A stretch of DNA of 64,000 nt from Verrucomicrobiia bacterium. GTDB taxonomy: Bacteria > Verrucomicrobiota > Verrucomicrobiia > Limisphaerales > UBA1319. The notes beneath the pieces were generated by a model. It worked only from the letters and a program-made list of their open reading frames with translations. It was not told the DNA's origin and did no database searches. This document shows, piece by piece, positions 28,537 through 36,637 of the stretch (its first letter is position 1; every line of letters starts with the position of its first letter). The DNA lies in NCBI GenBank assembly GCA_963664225.1, contig OY760937.1:5408001-5472000 (forward strand), written 5' to 3'. Made by a program: the position numbers and the translations under genes.

Positions 28537-29445
28537 ATGGACTCTTCAATAAACCCCTCAAAAGTTTCCGCTTCCTCGCCGGAAATTGAGATCCAATCCC
28601 CTTCAAACACCTTGTGGCGTTCTTTCCGAACTTACTTTGCCAGCGAAATCGCCTGGATGGGAGCCGCAAAGGCCGCGGTGGTTTGCTTGATGGTTGGAGC
28701 GTTGGTGCTGCTCTTTGGCAGTTCCTGCGGAACCGTCCAGCGAACCGTGATCGTCCCCGCTGAAATAGAAGGAGCCACGTATGCCGGCAACAAGGCGTGC
28801 ATGGAATGCCACACCAATATCTGCCGGGTTTTTCCCATGAACGCCCATGCGCGTGTTGACTCGGACAAAACCCAGATGCCCGGCCAGACTGGTTGCGAAT
28901 CCTGTCACGGTCCAGCCAGTAAACATATTGCCGTCGGCGGAGGGCGCGGCAAATTCATCATCAATCCGCGGAAGGATCCCGAAGCCTGTTTTCAGTGCCA
29001 TCTGGATGTCCAGGGCCAGTTTCACCTGCCTCAGCGTCATCCTGTGCTGGAGGGGCGGATGAACTGCGCGCAGTGCCACGATCCGCATGGAAAGGATGTA
29101 TTCAAGCCTTCCAATGGTCTCGCGATGGGGCGCCTTAATGAATCCTGCGCACAATGTCATCGGGACCAGACGCGTCCCTTTGTCTATGAGCATCCCGCAC
29201 TGCGTGAGGGTTGTGTGACCTGTCATTCGCCGCACGGATCGATAAACTCGAAAATGTTGGTCGAGCGGGATGTGAATTTATGCCTTAAGTGCCATGTGCA
29301 GATGGCGGGGGGCGGTGTGGGGCCGGGGCAGGTATATATTGGGAAGATTGAGCATTCGGCCTATGTCCGTCAGGGCACATGCTGGAGTGCGGGCTGTCAC
29401 ACAGCCGTTCACGGGTCCAACATGAGCCGCCTGCTTGTCTATTAA
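28537..29445 (+). CDS. MtrA/DmsE-like periplasmic multiheme cytochrome c (7 CxxCH plus one CX4CH)
   Basis: CMECH, CESCH, CFQCH, CAQCH, CAQCH, CVTCH, CLKCH, CWSAGCH; CHDPHG and terminal VHGSN; possible lipobox FGSSC; start may be ATG 28657. Confidence 0.9.
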   Translation: MDSSINPSKVSASSPEIEIQSPSNTLWRSFRTYFASEIAWMGAAKAAVVCLMVGALVLLFGSSCGTVQRTVIVPAEIEGATYAGNKACMECHTNICRVFPMNAHARVDSDKTQMPGQTGCESCHGPASKHIAVGGGRGKFIINPRKDPEACFQCHLDVQGQFHLPQRHPVLEGRMNCAQCHDPHGKDVFKPSNGLAMGRLNESCAQCHRDQTRPFVYEHPALREGCVTCHSPHGSINSKMLVERDVNLCLKCHVQMAGGGVGPGQVYIGKIEHSAYVRQGTCWSAGCHTAVHGSNMSRLLVY

Positions 29446-29454
29446 GGAGCCACC

Positions 29455-31908
29455 ATGAAATCATACTGGATAAACCATCCTTTGGCGCGGATTGCCCTCG
29501 TGGAACTGGCTCTGGCAACAACTGGATTCGCGGCCGACACGCCCGCAGTGGATGTTTCAAAGCTCCCTCCGGCAGCGACACGCAAGGTCGATTATGAAAA
29601 GGACATTAAACCGATCCTGGAGACCGCTTGTTTCCTGTGCCATGGCCCTGAAAGTCCCAAGAGTCGCTTCAATCTGACCACGCAGGAAACAGCCTTGAAG
29701 GGTGGACGGCGCGGGGTGGATATTGTGCCAAAACAAAGCGCGCAAAGCCCCCTCGTCCACTATATATCCGGCGTCATTGAGGATTTGCACATGCCCCCGG
29801 GCAATGCCAAAGCCCTGACGCCTGGCGAGATCGGGCTCCTGCGTGCGTGGATCGATCAGGGACCAGAGTGGTCAAAAGCAGAACCCCCGGGACCGCCCAT
29901 GACATTTTCGGCCTCTCCACAGCTCCGGTGGATTGCTGTCAGCGGTGACGAGGCGAAGTTTCGGGAGCATTACTGGGTCAATGACGGCTGGGGCGGCGGG
30001 CTCAGGGAATTTGAACTGGTCGGGAAGAAATCCCCACACGACACCGTCCGGGTCGAGGGCCGCATCCTGCCTGCGGAACACGATTACAAAACCTCCGTAT
30101 CGTATGCCCGCCAGGACCTGGGTTATGCGCGATTTGACTGGGAGCAGTATCGCAAATATTACGATGATTCGGGCGATTATTATCCGGGCCTGCACATCAT
30201 TCCCTACCGGCTGGACCAGGATCTCCATCTCGACATGGGTAAGGCAAAGTTTGAACTCGGATTAAACAAGCCCGACTGGCCCAGGATTAAACTGGGTTAC
30301 GATTATCAATATAAAGAAGGGAACAAAACAAGCCTGGCCTGGGGATCTGTTGGCGCGCGGCCTCCCGAATACAATGCCCTCGATAGTCGCAAAATCTATC
30401 CCTCCTTTAAGTACGTGGACGAACACGCCCACTTGATTCATTTGGATATCGATCATGATTCCCCTGTCGTCCGCCTCACGGACAATTTTCAGGCCGAATT
30501 TTACACACAGGATGACCAGCTTCACGAGGTCACCTATGCCAGCGCGGTTTCCGGGAATGCGGAACGGTTTGCCGTCGTCAAGGAACGCTATGAGCATTTC
30601 CAGGCGGCCAATGCCTTTCGACTCGAAAAACAGGTCAACTCCTGGCTGTATCTCTCCGCGGGTTATCTCTTCAGCACATTGGACGGGGATAGCATGTTCA
30701 ACGCATCGACATTGCTCTCACCGGTCTCCACGGCAGGCTATTCAGGCGATGACAAATTCTGGCTGAGCCACCAGATCCTGGTCGATCAGCAAACCCACAC
30801 TTTCAATGTCAACACACTCCTTGGTCCCTGGGACGGACTGAATATTTCAGCGGGCATTCAAAACGAATGGATGTCGCAGCATGGATTTGGCGATGTCAGC
30901 CTTAACGAGGGTGATCCAACTAATCCATTGACCTTTATTGAGCAACCTGCAATACTGCGTTCTGACATGGACCGTGTCACCACCGACGAACAGGTCGGCA
31001 TGCGTTACACTAAAATTCCATACACGGTAATCTATGCGGAAGGCCGCTTCCAGCAGGAGGCCATGGGACAGGCGGATGAAATGCATGAAACGCCCTCTTT
31101 GCTGGGACATGACTTCCTCCAAAACACTGATGTGTCCGGGGACTTGAAGGAATACCGGACGGGCTTCGATCTTTCGCCCTGGCGGAAGATCAGCCTCAAC
31201 GCCAGTATTCGTCACCGCGATAAACAGACGGATTACGACCATTTGACGCGCCTGCAGCGCACAGATGCCGGGGCATTTCCCTATGATGGATATCCGGCGT
31301 TTATCAAATCGCGTAATGTTAATACAGACGAATTTCAAACCAAGCTCGCGTACCGGCCTTTCCCCTGGTGGAAGGCGACCCTGACATATCAATTGGTCTC
31401 CACGGATTACAGGACAGAAACGGCCAGTGTATCCGGCGATATAACACCCGGCGGCCCGGCGACCGCCGCAACTTTTGATTCCGGCATCTATTCCATCAAC
31501 AACACGTTCACGCCGTGGCGGCGTCTGAGTATTTCGGGAACCTTTTCCTACCGGGACGGACGCACGAAGACCGCGTACAACGGAATTGCCGGCGTAGTTC
31601 CTTACGAGGGGGACGTTTTCAGTGTGATCGCGAGCTCCACTTATGTCCTCACCGAAAAAACAGATTTGGACGCCAGCTATTCCTTTTCCCGCGCCGATTA
31701 CCGTCAGAATAACGCCGCAAGTGGATTGCCTCTGGGCATCAATTATGACTGGCACAGCGTGATGGCGGGAGTGCGTCGTGAGATCAGCAAGAACATGACT
31801 GCGCGCCTGCAATACGGTTTCTTTCGATATGCAGAACCGACAAGTGGTAACGCGGCCAATTACGATGCTCACGCGATCTTTGCGACATTGCTCGTGCGTT
31901 TGCCGTGA
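29455..31908 (+). CDS. MtrB/PioB-like outer-membrane beta-barrel with N-terminal planctomycete-type monoheme cytochrome c domain
   Basis: AAGGAG RBS; signal peptide; VDYEKDIKPIL..CFLCHG...MPP...LLRAWIDQG; then about 670 aa of alternating Tyr-rich beta-strands; 9 nt after the multiheme gene. Confidence 0.8.
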   Translation: MKSYWINHPLARIALVELALATTGFAADTPAVDVSKLPPAATRKVDYEKDIKPILETACFLCHGPESPKSRFNLTTQETALKGGRRGVDIVPKQSAQSPLVHYISGVIEDLHMPPGNAKALTPGEIGLLRAWIDQGPEWSKAEPPGPPMTFSASPQLRWIAVSGDEAKFREHYWVNDGWGGGLREFELVGKKSPHDTVRVEGRILPAEHDYKTSVSYARQDLGYARFDWEQYRKYYDDSGDYYPGLHIIPYRLDQDLHLDMGKAKFELGLNKPDWPRIKLGYDYQYKEGNKTSLAWGSVGARPPEYNALDSRKIYPSFKYVDEHAHLIHLDIDHDSPVVRLTDNFQAEFYTQDDQLHEVTYASAVSGNAERFAVVKERYEHFQAANAFRLEKQVNSWLYLSAGYLFSTLDGDSMFNASTLLSPVSTAGYSGDDKFWLSHQILVDQQTHTFNVNTLLGPWDGLNISAGIQNEWMSQHGFGDVSLNEGDPTNPLTFIEQPAILRSDMDRVTTDEQVGMRYTKIPYTVIYAEGRFQQEAMGQADEMHETPSLLGHDFLQNTDVSGDLKEYRTGFDLSPWRKISLNASIRHRDKQTDYDHLTRLQRTDAGAFPYDGYPAFIKSRNVNTDEFQTKLAYRPFPWWKATLTYQLVSTDYRTETASVSGDITPGGPATAATFDSGIYSINNTFTPWRRLSISGTFSYRDGRTKTAYNGIAGVVPYEGDVFSVIASSTYVLTEKTDLDASYSFSRADYRQNNAASGLPLGINYDWHSVMAGVRREISKNMTARLQYGFFRYAEPTSGNAANYDAHAIFATLLVRLP

Positions 31909-31955
31909 AACGCTTTTGCACAACCCGTTTGACCCTTCGGACGGGAAGGTCTGTT

Positions 31956-33308
31956 TTATTCTTTTGTGATGCTCAGTTTATCCATCATCTCGTAAAGCGT
32001 GGGACGGCTGATTCCCAATTCCGTGGCCGCCTTGCTGATGTTGCCATTGTTCCGGCGCAGGGCTTGTTGGATCATGGTTAATTCCAATCCTTCCCGCGCT
32101 TCCTTGAGGCTGCGGGCCATGCTGTTTTCCACAGAATCGGTTAATTCAAGATTGGCGGCTGTGACCCATTTTCCATCGGACATGATGACGGCGCGTTTGA
32201 CGCGATTCTCAAGCTCCCTGACGTTTCCCGGCCAGTGGTAACATTGAAGAGCGCGCAGGGCGTCCTGGCTGAATTTTTGGTTTTCCTTCTTACTTTGCGC
32301 GGCAAAGGCTTGCAGGAAGGTCTGCGCCAGAATGAGCACATCGTTCTTGCGTTCCCGCAACGGAGGTAATTTCAGGACGACGACCGCGAGCCTGTAATAG
32401 AGATCCTCCCTGAATCTGGCTTCCTGCATGGCGCGTTTGAGGTCGGTATTGGTGGCGGCGATGACACGGGCATCCACGGGGATTTTTTCACGGCCACCGA
32501 CGCGTTCGATGTATAGTTCCTGAAGGTAGCGCAGGATTTTGACCTGGAGATGGGAGGGCAGTTCGCCGATTTCATCCAGGAAGAGTGTGCCGCCCGAGGC
32601 GGTTTCAATGCGTCCGCGACGTTGCACATGCGCGCCCGTGAAGGAGCCTTTTTCGTGTCCAAACAACTCGCTTTCCAGAAGGTTTTCCGGAATGGCCCCG
32701 CAATTGATGGCTACAAACGGGCCGTCTTTGCGCGGGCTGGAACGGTGAATGGCCTGGGCCGCCATTTCCTTTCCGGTGCCGCTCTCTCCCAGGATCAGGA
32801 CCGGCGCGTCTGTCGTGGCGACTTTGCGAATCTGGGCGAAAACCTCCTGCATCAGGGGGCCGGCGCCAAGCATCCCTTCAAAGGAGTCCGGTCCGAGCCG
32901 CTGCTCCATTTCGTGGAAATCCTTTTCGAGACGGGCGACATGGATGGCCCGTTTAAGAATGACGGCCAGTTCGGTCATATCCACCGGTTTGCAAAGAAAA
33001 TCATAGGCCCCATGCCCGATGGCCTGGAGGGCGTTATCTTTTTCGGACTGGCCGGTGATCATGATGATTTTGGCGCGAGAATCCCGGGCGAGCAGATCGG
33101 CGAGGGTGTTGAATCCCTCCTTGCCGTCGGCGGGATTGGGAGGCAGGCCCAGGTCCAGCAGAACGACGATGGGGTGATGTTCCTGATATCTGGCCAGGGC
33201 GGAGGCGCGGTCTTCAGCGAGCGAAACATCGTAATTCTCAGCGAGGGCCCACTTCATTTGCGAGCGTATGTCTTCATCATCATCCACGATGAGCAGGTGC
33301 GGTTTCAT
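31956..33308 (-). CDS. prsR: PEP-CTERM-box sigma-54 response regulator (NtrC family)
   Basis: Receiver LLDLGLPP, GESGTGKE, GSFTGA, FLDEIG, WPGNVREL, Fis-type HTH LGISRPTLY; adjacent to prsK. Confidence 0.88.
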   Translation of the reverse strand: MKPHLLIVDDDEDIRSQMKWALAENYDVSLAEDRASALARYQEHHPIVVLLDLGLPPNPADGKEGFNTLADLLARDSRAKIIMITGQSEKDNALQAIGHGAYDFLCKPVDMTELAVILKRAIHVARLEKDFHEMEQRLGPDSFEGMLGAGPLMQEVFAQIRKVATTDAPVLILGESGTGKEMAAQAIHRSSPRKDGPFVAINCGAIPENLLESELFGHEKGSFTGAHVQRRGRIETASGGTLFLDEIGELPSHLQVKILRYLQELYIERVGGREKIPVDARVIAATNTDLKRAMQEARFREDLYYRLAVVVLKLPPLRERKNDVLILAQTFLQAFAAQSKKENQKFSQDALRALQCYHWPGNVRELENRVKRAVIMSDGKWVTAANLELTDSVENSMARSLKEAREGLELTMIQQALRRNNGNISKAATELGISRPTLYEMMDKLSITKE

Positions 33309-33309
33309 G

Positions 33310-35421
33310 TTAGTTGTGATGGAGTGGAAGCATTATTTTAAACGTGGTTCCCCGGTCTGGTTCGCTTTGCACCTCAATTTTTCCCTGATGCGCGTCGAGG
33401 ATCATTTTGCTATGGAACATGCCGATTCCAATTCCTTTTTTCTTGGTGGTTTGAAAAGGGCGAAAGAGCGAATTGCGCATGAACTCCGCGCTCATGCCGC
33501 AGCCGTTGTCGCTGACGGATACAATGGCCCATCCGTTCTGGCGCCCGGTTTCGACATGGATCTCTCCTCCTTTTCCCAAGGCGTCGCGGGCGTTAAGAAT
33601 CAGATTGGTAATCACGCTTTGAATCTGGCCGGGATCGATCATGACAGGCGGCGTTGGAGACAGGTTTTTAACGAGAGTGATTCCAGGCATTTCATGCAAA
33701 CCAGCCAGGGCGGCGTTTGCGATCAGGCCAAGGTCGGTTTCCACGGGGTGAAGCTTTAGTTCCTTGCGCAACAAACTCAGGCGCTCAATCAGCTCATTGA
33801 TATGGTTGACACTGCGACCGACCGCCCTTAGCGCGTCCGCCCGGAATTCGGGATCGTCAAAATGCAGCGGAAGGTTTTGGAGCATCAAGGAAAGAGTGGC
33901 GGCGGTGTTCTTGAGGTCATGGACAAAGAAAGCCGACATGGTCTGAAAGGCCTCCATCTCCCGGGCCTGCAGGAGACGGTGCGAAAGATGGATGTTTAAT
34001 AAATTACTGGCGATCTGGTCTCCCAGGCATTTGAGGAGATCGAGGTCTTCCGTCGAATAGGCAAGCCCGCCAACCCGGTCCCAGACGGTCATGATTCCAA
34101 GCAGTTGTCCCCCCGCCGAAAGGGCCGCGCACAGATGTCCACCGCCTTTGCCGTAAATATCCGGATTAATTTTATTCAACAGGGCATAACGCGCGTCATT
34201 TCCCTGGGCAATGTCGATTGGATGGGACTGCCTGGAAGCAGCCTGGAGAAGGGTGGCGACCTTCTCCAGAGGCAGGTGAAATTCCAGCGCGGCGGCTTCG
34301 GTGATCGAGGTTGACGCGCCGAAAACAAGGCGCTGATTCTGCGAATCGACGAGCCAAATTGTCACTGAGAGGGCATGGAATGTTTCGGAAACCAACTGCG
34401 TGGTGGTTCGACAGAGGGACGGGCTGTCCATGATGGTGGCGGTTCGTCCGGTGAAGGCGCGCCAAATCTGCCTGTAATCATAAATTGAGCGTTTAAAATG
34501 GCGGCTGACGAAGCGTTTGGTTTGTTGTTGGAAACGGTCGGAAAGGAGAAGCAGGCCGCAAAGAACGACCGCCAATAACATGATGAATGCCTCGATCGGG
34601 AATGATGCGCTGCCGCCCCAATGGGCGACTACTTTGGCGAAGACTCCAACGATCAGCAAATAAAGACCGGCAAAAATGACCGTCAACGACCGGTGCAGAA
34701 CGCTTAATGAGGGATACAGATCGAGCGTGATGGCTTGGGTGCGCAGGAGCGCCACGGTGATCAATCCCGAGGCGAGGACCACGGAGACGGCCTGCGCCGA
34801 TTTGATTGAGAGGCCATAGGAAGAAAACAAGACGACCTGACTGCTGACATAAAACCTAAAAATAAACAGCACTCCCAAGCCCAGCATCATGAATTTGATG
34901 CGCCAGCGCATGGTGCCGACAGCGGCCTGAAACGTGCGCTCCAGGTTCATGAGAATCAGGACCGAGGCGACCAGAAAAATGAAATGGAGGGCGACTCCCG
35001 TGGAACTTAGATTCAAATTCAATTCCCCCGAAGGCATTGTCCGCAGATCGCGAAACAAGGGGTGGAACGGCAGGGATAGAACGATGGCCAGGGGCAACGC
35101 GAAGGCCAGGATCAGCGGCAGTCTCCATTTTTTGATGAAATCAAGGTGGTTTCCCCGGGAATAACTCAAGCTGAACAGCAGCCACAATCCCGGTTGGAGG
35201 GCCATTGCGGTCAGATTTAACTTTTGCCACGAAAGGACTGTATCAGGAGAAAGGGCCATCAGGCTCATGGCATCGAAACACGATTCGGAAGCCAGCAGAA
35301 ACATGCCGCCGGCGAAAGTCAAATTGGCCAGGGAACGCATGCCAGGCCGGAGAGCTGCAACGGCCAGGGCAAGCGCGCAACAGGCTGCCGCCACGACAAG
35401 TATAACGGAAATGGCTGTCAT
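33310..35421 (-). CDS. prsK: PEP-CTERM system histidine kinase
   Basis: N-terminal multi-TM region, FVSRHF...YDYRQIW, GAF, MSAFFVHDLKN, DNGCGM, FRPFQTTK..GIGIGM. Confidence 0.88.
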   Translation of the reverse strand: MTAISVILVVAAACCALALAVAALRPGMRSLANLTFAGGMFLLASESCFDAMSLMALSPDTVLSWQKLNLTAMALQPGLWLLFSLSYSRGNHLDFIKKWRLPLILAFALPLAIVLSLPFHPLFRDLRTMPSGELNLNLSSTGVALHFIFLVASVLILMNLERTFQAAVGTMRWRIKFMMLGLGVLFIFRFYVSSQVVLFSSYGLSIKSAQAVSVVLASGLITVALLRTQAITLDLYPSLSVLHRSLTVIFAGLYLLIVGVFAKVVAHWGGSASFPIEAFIMLLAVVLCGLLLLSDRFQQQTKRFVSRHFKRSIYDYRQIWRAFTGRTATIMDSPSLCRTTTQLVSETFHALSVTIWLVDSQNQRLVFGASTSITEAAALEFHLPLEKVATLLQAASRQSHPIDIAQGNDARYALLNKINPDIYGKGGGHLCAALSAGGQLLGIMTVWDRVGGLAYSTEDLDLLKCLGDQIASNLLNIHLSHRLLQAREMEAFQTMSAFFVHDLKNTAATLSLMLQNLPLHFDDPEFRADALRAVGRSVNHINELIERLSLLRKELKLHPVETDLGLIANAALAGLHEMPGITLVKNLSPTPPVMIDPGQIQSVITNLILNARDALGKGGEIHVETGRQNGWAIVSVSDNGCGMSAEFMRNSLFRPFQTTKKKGIGIGMFHSKMILDAHQGKIEVQSEPDRGTTFKIMLPLHHN

Positions 35422-35503
35422 TATCTGGACAAAACTCCCACCGGGCCGCTCCGGTTCCTGATTGACTTTCCTGGTTGGCGAATAGCGCGCCTGAGTGCGG
35501 TTT

Positions 35504-36634
35504 TTATCGCGTCGGCGGGGTGAAACTCACGCTGGTGCCCACAGGGGCCGCCCCTTTAATAACCGCATTGCGGCCTTCATTGACGGCGATCGTGCTGACA
35601 AATTGGTTCAGGATCTGATCGCCAAAGATACCCAGTTTGCGATATGGCGCGAAGGGCACATAGACGATGTCGCCGGGTTCCAGACGGACATCCCTGGCCT
35701 GGCCCCGGAAAACGCGTCCAAAATCAACAATGGCGATTCGTGGATTGGCCAGAGAGCCGCGAAGAACCGCGACATGGCTCACATAAGCGTAGGGAATGGT
35801 ACCGCCGACGCTGCTGATGGCGCCCACCAGCGAGGTTGGCTCGGTATAGGGGATCGCATTGGGCATGGCCACCGCGCCCATGACATAAACGGTGCGCGCC
35901 ACCGCCGAGCGCAGATAGACAAAGTCGTCCGGCTGCAAATAAATATTCTGGGAGAGGTCGCCCATGCGCAGTAAACGATGGAAATTGACTTTCAACATCT
36001 GGCCGCCCCGCATGACGAAACTGTTCTGCAGGTCTGCGGTTTCCTCGGAGGAACCCGGTATGCCGGAAATGCCGCCGGCCAGGGCGATGGCTTCGAGGAC
36101 GGTTGTTGGAGTGGCCAGGGAATAGACTCCTGGAGTTTGAACATTGCCCAGAATCCAAAGTCGGCGGCTGCCCACCGCTTTGAGGGTCAAGACGACTTCT
36201 GGCTGCATCCGGACGTATTTGGTCATCTCCTTCTCGAGCATTTGCTTGGTTTCGGCAAGGGTGAGTCCCCATGCGAACATTCCCGGAAGAAGGTTGAAAT
36301 AAATTTTACCATCAGGCCCCACGGTTGTGGTGGTGCGCGACAGCGGATCGCCCAGAAGTTCAATTTCGACGATGTCGCTGGGACCAAGCCGGAATAGATC
36401 GGAGGGTGGCTTGAGCCATTCCGCATGCACCATGTTGGTGGAATCGACGGTGGTGAATGCCTGCTCGTCCAGGGTGGTCATTTTGGGTGGCCGACCAGGA
36501 TCAGCGAGGGCCGCAACCGGTTTGCCATCGGGCGGAGTGGATTGATGAGGGTCAAACCGGGGTCCGTAACTTTGGCATCCAGCAAACAGAGCGAGACCCA
36601 GAAATCCGATGGCCAGGTGTGTGAAGTTTTTCAT
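35504..36634 (-). CDS. Wza-like polysaccharide export lipoprotein (Poly_export plus SLBB domains)
   Basis: Lipobox LFAGC; FRLGPSD..V.PDGKI, GNVQTPGVY, LQPDDFVY, LEPGDIVYVP. Confidence 0.88.
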   Translation of the reverse strand: MKNFTHLAIGFLGLALFAGCQSYGPRFDPHQSTPPDGKPVAALADPGRPPKMTTLDEQAFTTVDSTNMVHAEWLKPPSDLFRLGPSDIVEIELLGDPLSRTTTTVGPDGKIYFNLLPGMFAWGLTLAETKQMLEKEMTKYVRMQPEVVLTLKAVGSRRLWILGNVQTPGVYSLATPTTVLEAIALAGGISGIPGSSEETADLQNSFVMRGGQMLKVNFHRLLRMGDLSQNIYLQPDDFVYLRSAVARTVYVMGAVAMPNAIPYTEPTSLVGAISSVGGTIPYAYVSHVAVLRGSLANPRIAIVDFGRVFRGQARDVRLEPGDIVYVPFAPYRKLGIFGDQILNQFVSTIAVNEGRNAVIKGAAPVGTSVSFTPPTR

Positions 36635-36637
36635 GGG

